NCBI GenBank assembly: GCA_963727525.1
Contig: CAVSGO010000005.1
Coordinates: 1-64,000 of the forward strand
Direction: 5' to 3'
Source: an uncultured bacterium
Lineage (GTDB): Bacteria > Krumholzibacteriota > Krumholzibacteriia > LZORAL124-64-63
Length of the DNA stretch: 64,000 nt
Part shown: positions 28,546 through 38,355 of the stretch, in pieces
Numbering within the stretch: the stretch's first letter is position 1
Layout: every line of letters starts with the position of its first letter
Program-made: the position numbers and the translations under genes
Notes under the pieces: model-generated
What the model was told of the DNA's origin: nothing
Seen by the model: the letters and a program-made list of their open reading frames with translations, nothing else
Database searches by the model: none

Positions 28546-30144
28546 ATGACTTGCGGCTATCACCAGAGGCTCCTGTCGTGGACGCGCCGGTTCTTTCCGG
28601 TCGTGGCCGTTCGGCGTTGCCATACTCCGGGTCCGGGCCCGGCTCTCGCCGGGTTCTGCATCGCCTGGCTCGTCGGTTGCCTCGGCGGATGCCAGCCGAT
28701 CGACGACTATCCCGGCTACGAGGGTCCGCGACTCGCCGAACCCGTCGTGCCGCGCCCGATGGTCGAGCGCGATCTCCAGGCCATCGTGAATGCGGGCACG
28801 ATCCGCATGATCACGCGCTACAACGGCAGCAGCTACTTCATCCACCGCGGCGGCGGCGCCGGCTTCGACTTCGAACTGCTGCGGCTATTCGCCGCCGAAC
28901 ACGGCCTCACGCTCGAGGTGGTCATTCCCGAACCCAGCGAGGACCTGGTCAGCCTGCTCAACAGCGGTCGCGGCGATGTCATCTGCGCGGGGTTGACCCA
29001 GTCGCCGTTGCTCGATCAGTACGCCAGCGCCACGCGACCGGTGAGCTTCGTCCAGAAGGTGCTCGTGCTGCCGCCGGGCGACCAGCGTCCCGCCACCCTG
29101 GCGTCGCTCGCGGGGCTGACGATCACGCTGCCCCTGCACGACACCTTCCGCATCGACCTGCTCCAGCTGCGCAAGCAGGACAATCTCGGCTTCATCCTGC
29201 AGACGGCCCACCCGCTCGTGGAGCAGGAGGAGCTGATCGCTATGGTCACCCGCGGCGAGATCCAGGCCACGGTGGCCGACGACATCGTGGTGAACGCCGC
29301 ACGCGCCTACCTGCCCGACGTGCACACCGGCGTCACTCTCGGCGAACGCATCCCGGTGGTGTGGCTGGCGCGCTCGAACTGCCCTGATCTGCGCACGGCG
29401 CTCAATGCGTTCATCAAGGAGCACTTCTGGGTGATGCCCAGCGGCGCGGAGCGGCGCAGCCAGACCTACGGCATCATCTACGACCGCTACTTTCGCAACG
29501 AGCTGACCATCCGCTCCTTGCAGGTTCGCGCCGACCGCCCCGACAAGAGCGGACGCATCTCGCGTTACGACGCCATGATCCGCAACCAGGCCGAGAGCTA
29601 CGGACTCGACTGGCGTCTCGTCTCGGCCCTCGTCTACCAGGAGTCGCGTTTCGATCCGCAGGCCGTGAGCAGTGCGGGTGCCGTCGGCCTGATGCAGGTG
29701 CTGCCCACCTTCGCGGCCGATCAGGCCGACAGCCTCTTCGATCCGGGTGCCAACGTACGGGCCGGACTGCACCTGCTCAAGGGCACCTACGACGGCTTCG
29801 CGTACCTCGACTCCCTCGACCGCGTGCGCTTCACGCTCGCCGTCTACCATGCGGGCTATGGCCACGTGACCGATGCGCGCCGTATCGCGATGGATCTCGG
29901 ACGCGATCCCGACGCCTGGTCCGACGCCCTGGACGAGGCTCTGCCGCGCCTGATGGAACGGAGCTGGTACGGCGAGTCGCGGCACGGTTTCTACCGGGGC
30001 GCCGAGACCGTGCGCTACGTCGAGGAGATCATGAATCGCTTCGCGATGTACGCGCGCCTCGTTCCGCGCTTCGGCCCGCTGGCACCGCTATCGGACGTGC
30101 CCGACGACGATACCGCGGCGGCCGCCCAGCCCTCAGGCGAGTAG
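28546..30144 (+). CDS. mltF: MltF-like membrane-bound lytic transglycosylase (substrate-binding domain + SLT); start approximate
   Basis: GFDFELL SBP region; DWRLVSALVYQESRFDP.A.S..GAVGLMQ; YHAGYGHV.DAR; RGAETVRYV. Confidence 0.85.
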   Translation: MTCGYHQRLLSWTRRFFPVVAVRRCHTPGPGPALAGFCIAWLVGCLGGCQPIDDYPGYEGPRLAEPVVPRPMVERDLQAIVNAGTIRMITRYNGSSYFIHRGGGAGFDFELLRLFAAEHGLTLEVVIPEPSEDLVSLLNSGRGDVICAGLTQSPLLDQYASATRPVSFVQKVLVLPPGDQRPATLASLAGLTITLPLHDTFRIDLLQLRKQDNLGFILQTAHPLVEQEELIAMVTRGEIQATVADDIVVNAARAYLPDVHTGVTLGERIPVVWLARSNCPDLRTALNAFIKEHFWVMPSGAERRSQTYGIIYDRYFRNELTIRSLQVRADRPDKSGRISRYDAMIRNQAESYGLDWRLVSALVYQESRFDPQAVSSAGAVGLMQVLPTFAADQADSLFDPGANVRAGLHLLKGTYDGFAYLDSLDRVRFTLAVYHAGYGHVTDARRIAMDLGRDPDAWSDALDEALPRLMERSWYGESRHGFYRGAETVRYVEEIMNRFAMYARLVPRFGPLAPLSDVPDDDTAAAAQPSGE

Positions 30145-30474
30145 CTCGTCGAGCCGCTCGCGCGCGCGGCGCAGATGCGGGATCACGATCGAGCCCCCCA
30201 CGACGAGCGCGATGTCGAAGGTCTCGGTGACCTCCTGCCCCGTGGCGCCTTCCTCCAGTGCGCGCACGATGTGGTAGGTGATGCAGTCGTCGCAGCGCAG
30301 CACCATGGACGCGACCAGTCCGAGCAACTCCTTCGTGCGCGCATCGAGGGCGCCCTCGCGGTAGGCGGCGCCGTCGAGGTTGAAGAAGCGGCGCGTGGTC
30401 TGGGTACCGGCGGCGAGAATGCGTTCGTTCATGCGTTCGCGGTATTCGCGGAACTGCTCGAGCTGATCGCTCAT
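30133..30474 (-). CDS. Carboxymuconolactone decarboxylase/AhpD family protein
   Basis: GALDARTKELLGLVAS.VLRCDDCI.YH. Confidence 0.9.
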   Translation of the reverse strand: MSDQLEQFREYRERMNERILAAGTQTTRRFFNLDGAAYREGALDARTKELLGLVASMVLRCDDCITYHIVRALEEGATGQEVTETFDIALVVGGSIVIPHLRRARERLDELLA

Positions 30475-30549
30475 GGCGCCATGGCCTCCTGGCTGGGGTC
30501 TCGCGCCATGATAGACAGCGCGCGTCGCGGTGGCTAGACTCTCCCCACC

Positions 30550-31302
30550 ATGCCGGCCACGATCTTCCATGACCCACTGCAAGTCGTCGCGGCCGTCACC
30601 GTGCTTCTCGCCGCCCAGATCGTCTACGTGGTCTTCGGCTTCGGCTCCGGATTGATCGCCGTGGGCACGCTGGCGCTGGTATTCCCCGATATCCGGGACG
30701 TCGTCGTCATGTTGCTGCTGGTGAACCTGCCGGCCGAGGTGGCGGTGGTGCTGCGGTCCTGGCGCGAGGTGGCGTGGCGCCGCACGGCCGCGGTGGCGGC
30801 GGGCGTGCTGGCCGGCATCCCGCTGGGCACGCTGGTCCTGAAGACGAGTTCGCCCGATGTGATCCTCGTCGGGCTCGGTATCTTCCTGGTGGCCGTGAGC
30901 GTGGTTTTCCTGCGGATCCGCGACGACTGGCACGTGGACTGGCCGGCGTGGTCGGGGCCGCCCATCGGGCTGGTGTCCGGCGTGCTCACGGGCGTGTTCG
31001 GTACCGGCGGCCCGCCGCTCATCGTGTATTACCACCTCGCGGGCGCCCGCAAGTCGGCCTTTCGCGGCCACCTGATGACGCTGTTCCTGATGATGACGTT
31101 CGTCCGGGTGCCGTCGTACGCCTTGAGCGGGCTCGTGACGCCGGCGCGTCTGTGGTCGGGCATCCTCCTGCTGCCCGTGGCCTGGCTGGGGACGCGGCTG
31201 GGCCAGCGCATCCATGTCCGCGTGAGCGAGCGCACGTTTCGGCGCCTGGTGAGTCTGCTTCTGGGGGTCCTCGGCCTGCTGCTCGTGCTGCGACGAACCT
31301 GA
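30550..31302 (+). CDS. Sulfite exporter TauE/SafE family membrane protein
   Basis: GFGSGL; SGVLTGVFGTGGPP; multiple TM helices. Confidence 0.85.
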   Translation: MPATIFHDPLQVVAAVTVLLAAQIVYVVFGFGSGLIAVGTLALVFPDIRDVVVMLLLVNLPAEVAVVLRSWREVAWRRTAAVAAGVLAGIPLGTLVLKTSSPDVILVGLGIFLVAVSVVFLRIRDDWHVDWPAWSGPPIGLVSGVLTGVFGTGGPPLIVYYHLAGARKSAFRGHLMTLFLMMTFVRVPSYALSGLVTPARLWSGILLLPVAWLGTRLGQRIHVRVSERTFRRLVSLLLGVLGLLLVLRRT

Positions 31303-31351
31303 CGATCCCGGAAGTTCGACGAAGTGGTGGAAAGGCCGGCTTCGATCGCGT

Positions 31352-31879
31352 TCAGGCGGGATAGGTGGCACGCAAGATGAGGAAGACCATCACCAGTCCG
31401 AGCGCATGCTTGGCGAGGATGGCGAGCAGGCGGCCGATGAAGGCATGGGCGCCGATACGCAGGGAGGGCTCGAGGTGGCGCTGGTGCCAGTACTCGCCCA
31501 GCACGGCGCCGGCGAAGGCGCCGACAAAACTCCCCACGATCGCCCCGACCAGCGGGACCACGCCGTTGCCCAGGGCGGCGCCGACGAGACCGCCGACGAA
31601 GCCCCCCACGGTGGCGCGGGCGCTCGCGCCCTTGCGGATGACGTAGAAATTGCCGAGCACGAACTCGATGCCCTCGCCCAGCAACGCGATCCCCAGCAAC
31701 ACGGCCAGAAGGGGCCAGCCGATCGCCTGGAAGCCGGTGGCGAGGGCGTAAATGAGCGCCAGAGCGGTGATCACGAAATTGCCGAGCAACCCCACGTACA
31801 CGAGCAGGGATGCGAGCAGCAGGAGCAGGGCCCAGGCGACGTAGACCATCCACGGCCCCACCGCGTGCAGGAATTCCAT
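31352..31879 (-). CDS. DUF456 family membrane protein
   Basis: Gly-rich hydrophobic GASAR..VGG..GG..G...G...GAF.GA..GE pattern. Confidence 0.75.
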   Translation of the reverse strand: MEFLHAVGPWMVYVAWALLLLLASLLVYVGLLGNFVITALALIYALATGFQAIGWPLLAVLLGIALLGEGIEFVLGNFYVIRKGASARATVGGFVGGLVGAALGNGVVPLVGAIVGSFVGAFAGAVLGEYWHQRHLEPSLRIGAHAFIGRLLAILAKHALGLVMVFLILRATYPA

Positions 31880-31881
31880 GC

Positions 31882-32535
31882 TCAGTGGGCCGCAGCGGCC
31901 AGCAGCTTTTCGCCCGCGTCCACCGGGAACGACAGGCGATTCTCCGGCGGTGGCAGCGTGCAGTTGTAGGCGTCGGGATTGTAGGCGCAGAGCGGGTTGT
32001 AGGCACGGTTGAAGTCGAGTTCCACCGTCCCATCGGCCGCCTGCGTAAGGTCGAGATAGCGCCCACCCTGGTACGTGGTGTCGCCGTTGGTGGCGTCGTA
32101 GAACGGCAACCACAGATAATCGTCGCCCTCGGTGGGGCCGAAGACCGACAGCGTATAGGACTTGCCGTCGTGCTCGAAACTCACCGTGCCCTTGCGCAGA
32201 TAGGGTACCTTCGCACCCTTGCGCTTGTCGAGGATCACCGTATCGGTGCCGGCCGCGGCCACCAGCAGTGCACGGTACCGCAGATCCTGCGCCGGGAAGT
32301 AGTAGTCGAGCCCCTCGAAGCCCTGCTTGAGATCGGGTGGCAGCGGACTATCGGGGGCTGTCGTGAACTGCTCGTTCTTCTCGATGCGCGCCTCGACGAG
32401 CGCGATCTCCCACGATTCGAGCGCGGCGGCATCCATGGCGATGGGACCGGGCGCCTGGGATTTCTGGTCGCTATGGCACCCAGCCAGCGCCAGGGTGGTG
32501 AGTATCAGGGCCAAGACAGTCAACGGGCGGATCAT
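31882..32535 (-). CDS. DUF1684 family lipoprotein
   Basis: Lipobox LAGC; F.GLDYY; LPFYDATNG.TTY.GGRYLD; LDFNRAYNP.CAY...Y.C.LPP.ENRL...V.AGEK. Confidence 0.9.
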   Translation of the reverse strand: MIRPLTVLALILTTLALAGCHSDQKSQAPGPIAMDAAALESWEIALVEARIEKNEQFTTAPDSPLPPDLKQGFEGLDYYFPAQDLRYRALLVAAAGTDTVILDKRKGAKVPYLRKGTVSFEHDGKSYTLSVFGPTEGDDYLWLPFYDATNGDTTYQGGRYLDLTQAADGTVELDFNRAYNPLCAYNPDAYNCTLPPPENRLSFPVDAGEKLLAAAAH

Positions 32536-32648
32536 GAGCACGTCATCCTCGGCAAGCCGGCCACGCCGGCGGTTTACGGTCTCGGGCGCATTGCGTACCA
32601 TACGGACCAGCCGGCAAGCGACGCCGGTTGCGTCACGAGGGAGCATCG

Positions 32649-34436
32649 ATGCCAGCGCCACAGTATAGCCAAAGCTCGCGGGAGGCCGCAGCGGAAATTC
32701 CGCGCGGCACGTCTGCCGCCGTCGTGGCACTGACCGCTGCGGTCGGTCATCTGGCGGCATTCGGCGGTTGGTGGAATCAGGACGATTGGGGCCTCCTCGC
32801 GCGGGCGACCGGACTTGCGGCAGAGCCCTCGCTCCCGCTGCGCTGGCTTTCGCGCACGGCGTACTGGTCCGTCCTCGAGCCCCTGGCTCACCTCGATCCC
32901 GTCCCTTACGCCTGTACGCGCCTGGCGCTCATCGCCCTGGTCGCGGCCGGCGTGGCCCGTCTCGCCCAGCGCCTGGGGATGACGACCCTGCAATCGACGG
33001 TGGCCGGACTCATTGTCGCCGGCACACCGCTGGCGTTCACGCCCCTGTACTGGGCCTCAGGCGTGCAGGACCTGCTCGCTCTCGCCTGCGGGGTGTGGGC
33101 GATCGAGCGCGGTTTTGCCGGTGGCAGCGGTGCCTTCGTCGCCGCCGTCGCCCTAGGGGTCGCCGCGCTCGCGAGCAAGGAGACGCAGCTCGCGGTGCCG
33201 CTGGGGCTGGCCTGGGCCGTCGTGGCGAGGTCGCCACGCTCCCGGGGCCGCGTCGGCTGGCACCGCTGGCTGGGCGTGGCCGTTGTCACGCTGGCGGCTA
33301 TCGCGGCGCTCGTGCTGGCCTGGCTCTCGTTCTCGCCCGGCGCCGACGAACCATATGCCCGGGGAGGCGCGGCGGCGATCGTGAGCAACCTCGGTACCTA
33401 TGGCTGGTGGCTCGTCTCGCCCGGCCCGCTCTACGCGGCCCACATCACCCTGGCGATGACCGTCGCGGGCTGGGCCTTCTGGGCGGTCTGGGCCGCCTGG
33501 GGCATGGCATGCGGGCGCCAGGGCTGGCATGTGCCGCTCCTGACGTGGGCGTGCGCCCTGGCTGCCATCGCGCCAGCGCTGCCCCTGGCGCGCCACGTGC
33601 TGCCCTATCTGGCCTTGCCGGCCGCGCCGTTCCTCGCCCTGGTGCTGGCCGATCTCGTCCCTCGGCGCTGGACGGCGCGGCAAGGCGTCGTCATCGCGCT
33701 GGTGATCGGCGTGGGAGGCTGGGCCATCCTGGGCATGAAGGCGCGCCTGGAAAACCGCGATGGGCACGGCCTTCCCGCCGACCCGGTCGTGCAGCGCACG
33801 GCGGTGGCCTACCACGCCGCCTCGCTGCTGCGCGATCTGCCCTCCGGAGCACGGCCGGCCAGCGGCCTCGTCCTGCTGCAACCGCCGGCCACCGCGGCGG
33901 CCGCCAACGTCGCGCAGAGGCTGGGCGAGCGCTGGGTGATGGGCAGCCTGCTGCACCGCAGCCTCGAGGGCACGCTCGGTCCGCGTCTCATCCTCGGCGC
34001 CGACGTGCCGGTGGTGTGGGCCAACGCGCTCGAAGCGACACCCCGCGATGCCCTCGTCCTCGTGGACGCCGGCAGTGAATTCCGGGTGTGGGGACCCACG
34101 CCTCAGGCGCTCTTCGACCTCGCGCTCACCGACGTGGCTCGCGGACTCTTCGAGCGCGCGCGGCGCGACCTCGTACGGGCCGGCGCCCTGAATGGCGAGA
34201 CGGTCGCGTTCCTCTTCGCTCCGGACGATCTTCCCGTACCGCTGGCGCAGGTGCAGGCGCGCAAGCAGGCATTCCTCGACCATCTCGGCGCGGGCGTCGA
34301 GGCTGGTCGCTCCCGCTGGGAAGTCGCCGGTACCCGGCATCTCTTCCTCCAGCTCCTCGCGGCCTGCGCCGACGAGGGCGGAAACTCCCTCAAACCCGAC
34401 GGCCCCTCGCAGCCGTCACCATCGCGGAGGCCATGA
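32649..34436 (+). CDS. Polytopic membrane protein (possibly GT-C-fold glycosyltransferase-like)
   Basis: N-terminal QDDW acidic loop; ASKE motif; many TM helices; stop overlaps the mscS start. Confidence 0.55.
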   Translation: MPAPQYSQSSREAAAEIPRGTSAAVVALTAAVGHLAAFGGWWNQDDWGLLARATGLAAEPSLPLRWLSRTAYWSVLEPLAHLDPVPYACTRLALIALVAAGVARLAQRLGMTTLQSTVAGLIVAGTPLAFTPLYWASGVQDLLALACGVWAIERGFAGGSGAFVAAVALGVAALASKETQLAVPLGLAWAVVARSPRSRGRVGWHRWLGVAVVTLAAIAALVLAWLSFSPGADEPYARGGAAAIVSNLGTYGWWLVSPGPLYAAHITLAMTVAGWAFWAVWAAWGMACGRQGWHVPLLTWACALAAIAPALPLARHVLPYLALPAAPFLALVLADLVPRRWTARQGVVIALVIGVGGWAILGMKARLENRDGHGLPADPVVQRTAVAYHAASLLRDLPSGARPASGLVLLQPPATAAAANVAQRLGERWVMGSLLHRSLEGTLGPRLILGADVPVVWANALEATPRDALVLVDAGSEFRVWGPTPQALFDLALTDVARGLFERARRDLVRAGALNGETVAFLFAPDDLPVPLAQVQARKQAFLDHLGAGVEAGRSRWEVAGTRHLFLQLLAACADEGGNSLKPDGPSQPSPSRRP

Positions 34437-35527
34437 TGGACCCATTGTTGAAGAAGCTCGGCGAGCAAGTCGGTCCCTGGAGCGGGCACGAAATCCTCGT
34501 GGCACTCGGCGTGATCGTGGGGGCATTCGTCGTGCGCACACTGTTCCAGCGCTGGGTCGCGCGTCGCCTGCTGGCACTGGCCGAGCGCACGCGCACCGAG
34601 GCCGACGACGTGGCCGTGCACGCGCTCATCACGCCGCTTGGCTGGGTGTTGCCGTTGCTGGGAATCTACGTCGCGTTCCGGTTGCTGGCCGCCGGGGACG
34701 TGGCGGTGGCGACTGCCGGCGGCAGGATCTTCATGGTGGCGATGACGGTCATCGTTGCCTGGACGTTGTTTCGCTTCGTCGACGCCCTCTCCATCTTCGT
34801 GCTCGAGTATAGCCGCCGCACCGAGACCACGCTCGACGATGCCCTGGTGCCCACCGTGCGCAAGGCGATCAAGGTGTTCCTCGGCGTCCTGATCACGTTG
34901 ATCATGATCCAGAATCTCGGTTACTCCGTCACGGGCATCCTGGGAGCGCTCGGCGTGGGCGGCGTGGCCGTAGCCCTGGGCGCGAAGGACACCTTTGCCA
35001 ACCTTTTCGGCTCGGCCACGATCCTCATCGACCGTCCCTTCCGTCCCAACGACTGGATCACGCTCGACGGCGCCGACGGCGTGGTCGAGGAGGTGGGCCT
35101 GCGCTCCACACGCATCCGTACCTTCGCCAAGACCGTGATCTCCATCCCGAACTGGGTCCTCGCGAACGCCACCGTGGAGAATCACTCGCTCATGCCGAAG
35201 CGCCGTGTCCGGTTCACCGTGGGCGTGACCTACGACGCCTCGCCCGCGCAGATGCGTGAGGCCGTGCAGCGAATTGAGGCCTACCTGCGCGGCAACGCCG
35301 AGATCCACCAGGAGTTCATGCTGGTCAAGTTCACCGAGTTCGGGGCCTCGAGCCTGGACATCCTCGTCTACTGCTTCACCGTGACCACTGACTGGGAACG
35401 CCACCTGCAACTGCGCCAGGACATGAACCTCGCTGTCATGGACATCGTGGCCGACCTCGGACTGAGCATCGCGTTCCCGACCCGCACGGTGCACCTGGTC
35501 AACGAGGAACCGGCGCCCTCGGCCTGA
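34433..35527 (+). CDS. Small-conductance mechanosensitive channel (MscS family)
   Basis: ALGAKDT.ANLFG..IL.DRPF...DWI...G.VEEVGLRST.IR; IPN; FGASSLD; IAFPT. Confidence 0.93.
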   Translation: MMDPLLKKLGEQVGPWSGHEILVALGVIVGAFVVRTLFQRWVARRLLALAERTRTEADDVAVHALITPLGWVLPLLGIYVAFRLLAAGDVAVATAGGRIFMVAMTVIVAWTLFRFVDALSIFVLEYSRRTETTLDDALVPTVRKAIKVFLGVLITLIMIQNLGYSVTGILGALGVGGVAVALGAKDTFANLFGSATILIDRPFRPNDWITLDGADGVVEEVGLRSTRIRTFAKTVISIPNWVLANATVENHSLMPKRRVRFTVGVTYDASPAQMREAVQRIEAYLRGNAEIHQEFMLVKFTEFGASSLDILVYCFTVTTDWERHLQLRQDMNLAVMDIVADLGLSIAFPTRTVHLVNEEPAPSA

Positions 35528-35614
35528 GTGTAGGCGAATTTCGACTTCGTCTCGCGGGCGCAATATGATACCGTCATGCTCCTGTTATCACTTGACCCGA
35601 GAAGGAGGCTCACG

Positions 35615-36379
35615 ATGGTGAAGGTTCCGCGTATCCCCCTCGTCGCTCTTGCCGCGCTCGCCCTGATGGCGGGTTGCGGTGGCGACGACAACAACGGGGG
35701 CACCAATCCGGGCGGCCAGACCGACCAGTTCCAGGAGAGTGTCGCCGTGGCCCAGTCGCAAGCCGCCGTGCCTCTGGCGCTGAACATGGTGCAGTCGATG
35801 ACCGCGTTCGCCCAGAGTACGCCCGGGAAGGACGGGACCTTCGGCTACGACGAGTCATCGCATTCCTGGGTTTCCGACTACACCTACGCGAACGAAGGCT
35901 ACTCCTACACGTTCCACTACGTCGTCCAGTATCTCGACTCTGCGAATCTGCCCCAGCAGTATCCGGCCGACGCCTCGAGCATGGCTTACTCCTACGCGGG
36001 TACCGGCCACTACACATCGAACAGCAACGGCACGCAGGTCACCGTCGACAACACGTACCACGCCGATGTCACCCTGCAGGGCCTCGGTTCGTCCACGCTC
36101 ACGATGGCGGGTAGCGGAGGGTTCGGGATCGACGAGACCGTGGTGTCCGGCGGCAACCACTACGACTACAACTACGACGTGAGCTGGGTCACGGGAACCG
36201 GCGGCATCACGTTGCCGATCGGCGGTTGCCCGACCGGCACGTTCCATTACACGCTGGCCCCGTACCACCTCGACATCGTGTTCGACGGCACCAACGTGGC
36301 CACCCACACGCTCACCGACGGTTCCGGCGCCGTGGTGGCCGCGGGGACCGGTACCGACACCATGAGCTGCGGGAACTGA
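35615..36379 (+). CDS. Hypothetical lipoprotein (Tyr/Thr-rich, probably beta-rich)
   Basis: AAGGAGG RBS; lipobox MAGC; host-like codon usage. Confidence 0.75.
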   Translation: MVKVPRIPLVALAALALMAGCGGDDNNGGTNPGGQTDQFQESVAVAQSQAAVPLALNMVQSMTAFAQSTPGKDGTFGYDESSHSWVSDYTYANEGYSYTFHYVVQYLDSANLPQQYPADASSMAYSYAGTGHYTSNSNGTQVTVDNTYHADVTLQGLGSSTLTMAGSGGFGIDETVVSGGNHYDYNYDVSWVTGTGGITLPIGGCPTGTFHYTLAPYHLDIVFDGTNVATHTLTDGSGAVVAAGTGTDTMSCGN

Positions 36380-36448
36380 GCACCGGCATCGCACGAACTG
36401 ACGCGGACGGGGGCGGGATAGCACGACCCCGTCCGCATCAGGCTGCCG

Positions 36449-36826
36449 TCAATGGCAGGCGTGCCCGTGGCCATGCCCCCCACAAGCCATCGCAGGCGTC
36501 AGCTCGGTGACGTCGCCCGCCTCGAAGGCCGCGATCGCCTCGGCCACCGTCCGCGCACCCAGGCGATACACCCGGACGCCCGCGTCGTTCAGTCGTGTCA
36601 CGGCACGCTGCCCCATTCCGCCGGTGACGACGGCATCCACGTGCTCCCCCGCCAGCGCATGCACCGGCATGCATGCCCCGTGGGCATGGTGCTGGTTCGC
36701 GTTGCCGAGGACGTGCATCTGCTTCGTGTCGGTATCGTAGACGACCAAGCAGGGCGCGCTGCCGAAATGGCCATGCAGCGGATCCTGCGGTTCACCGGTA
36801 CCCGTGGTCGGCAGACAGATCTTCAT
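36449..36826 (-). CDS. NifB/NifX (dinitrogenase Fe-Mo cofactor-binding) family protein
   Basis: MKICLP; HFGSAP; V.GGMG..A...L...GV.VY; His-rich tail. Confidence 0.85.
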   Translation of the reverse strand: MKICLPTTGTGEPQDPLHGHFGSAPCLVVYDTDTKQMHVLGNANQHHAHGACMPVHALAGEHVDAVVTGGMGQRAVTRLNDAGVRVYRLGARTVAEAIAAFEAGDVTELTPAMACGGHGHGHACH

Positions 36827-37113
36827 GGACGTTCCTCCGCGTGCTGGATCGCAAGAGCCTCGTTGCCCAGAAGCGCGCCCACGACCTTGCGGCGCGCGAC
36901 CTCGAGCAGACGCTGCACCGTGCCGCGCGACACGCCCATGGCGGCGCCGGCCTCCGCCTGCGTGCGCCCTTCCAGGTCGCACAGCCGCAGCGCCTCGAAT
37001 TCGTCGAGTCGCAGGTGCGTGACCACGCAGTCGCGCATGGGGACGGCGCGCGGTTTGAAGACACGATCGCCCGCGAGCGGACGGCAACAGCGGTGTTTCG
37101 GGCAGCGAGGCAT
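36823..37113 (-). CDS. DUF134 family DNA-binding protein
   Basis: MPR.PK.R; FKP; DEFEALRLCDLEG.TQ.EA...MGVSRGT.QR. Confidence 0.9.
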   Translation of the reverse strand: MPRCPKHRCCRPLAGDRVFKPRAVPMRDCVVTHLRLDEFEALRLCDLEGRTQAEAGAAMGVSRGTVQRLLEVARRKVVGALLGNEALAIQHAEERP

Positions 37114-37185
37114 CGATCCTCCATTTTGTGCATATGCACAAAATAGCCATCGGGCGGCACGCGGTCAAGCCCGGGAGGCCGCGCC

Positions 37186-37767
37186 TCAGAGATATCGTCT
37201 GACGCGGCCGTGGTAGGTCCGGTACGCGAGGCCGAAGCGCTCGGCCAGGAACCGCTCCTCCGCGCGGACGATGCGGTCGTGGATCACCGCCGCGACCACC
37301 AGGGGAATCGCGGTCCAGAGCGAGGGCACAGCCACCACGGCCGCGAGGTGCAGGATGACGATGGCCAGGTACATCGGATTGCGACTCACGCCGTAGATGC
37401 CGCCGGTACGCAGGGTGGTCGCCTCACGGGCTAGGCCGGTGCGCGTATCCGTGTCCAGTTCCCCGAATGCGGCCACCGCTACGCCGGCTCCCAGCGTGAA
37501 CAAGGCCGCGCTCGCCCAGGCGGCCGCGAGCGGCGGCGAGGGCGCGCCGGCGAGCGTGCGCACCACGGCCCGCGCCAGCACCACGAGCGGCACGACGATC
37601 GCCAGTTTCGCCAGCCAGAAGAGGGGTGCCGGCACGGGATAGCGCCCCACGGCGTCCACGTGGCGGTCGCGGATATGCCACGCGGTGCGCAGGAACGCGA
37701 CCAGCGCCCCCGCGTAGCCGAACGCGATGAGCAGAGCGGGTACGCGGCCCTGTAAGTCTGATGTCAA
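37186..37767 (-). CDS. Isoprenylcysteine carboxyl/phospholipid methyltransferase family membrane protein; start uncertain
   Basis: L.T.GIY..SRNPMY; EE.FL.ERFG..Y..Y...V.RY. Confidence 0.85.
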   Translation of the reverse strand: MTSDLQGRVPALLIAFGYAGALVAFLRTAWHIRDRHVDAVGRYPVPAPLFWLAKLAIVVPLVVLARAVVRTLAGAPSPPLAAAWASAALFTLGAGVAVAAFGELDTDTRTGLAREATTLRTGGIYGVSRNPMYLAIVILHLAAVVAVPSLWTAIPLVVAAVIHDRIVRAEERFLAERFGLAYRTYHGRVRRYL

Positions 37768-37835
37768 CTCTCCGCCTCCATGCTAGAATCGTCCCCGGTC
37801 GCGCATTCCCGCGCACTTCAAAGAAAGGCGTCCCC

Positions 37836-38339
37836 GTGTTTCGCCAGCTCGACGACTTCATCCGTGCCCACCACATCGTGGCCGAGAACACGCTCAAGAT
37901 CCTACGTACGCTCACCGACGAGTCGCTCACGCGACCGGTCACCGACGGCTACCGCACGCTCGGAGGCATGGCCTGGCATCTGGTGACCACCGTGCCCGAG
38001 ATCATGACGCGCACCGGCCTGCCGATCGACGGTGTGCAACCCGAGGCGTTGCCGCCGGACACCGTACGCGAGATCATCGCCGGCTACCAGGCCGTCACCG
38101 ACGCCCTCACCGGCGCCCTGCGCACCCACTGGACGGACCCCGATCTCACCACCACCGACACCATGTACGGCGAGGAGTGGCCGCGCGGCGTCACGCTCAT
38201 GATCTTGCTGCATCACGAGATCCACCACCGCGGTCAGATGACGGTACTCATGCGCCAGGCCGGGCTCCAGGTGCCGGGCATCCTCGGCCCTGCCAAGGAG
38301 GAGTGGTCGCAGTACGGCATGCCGGCGCCGCCGTACTAG
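37836..38339 (+). CDS. DinB family protein
   Basis: RTLG..AWH; HEIHHRGQM..L.R..G..VP. Confidence 0.9.
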   Translation: MFRQLDDFIRAHHIVAENTLKILRTLTDESLTRPVTDGYRTLGGMAWHLVTTVPEIMTRTGLPIDGVQPEALPPDTVREIIAGYQAVTDALTGALRTHWTDPDLTTTDTMYGEEWPRGVTLMILLHHEIHHRGQMTVLMRQAGLQVPGILGPAKEEWSQYGMPAPPY

Positions 38340-38355
38340 ATCGAGGGGAGGCGGA

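Noticed and set aside
36449-37113. Nitrogen fixation inferred from the NifB/NifX-family gene
   Set aside because: The DUF134 + NifX-like pair is common in non-diazotrophs, and no nifHDK genes are present.
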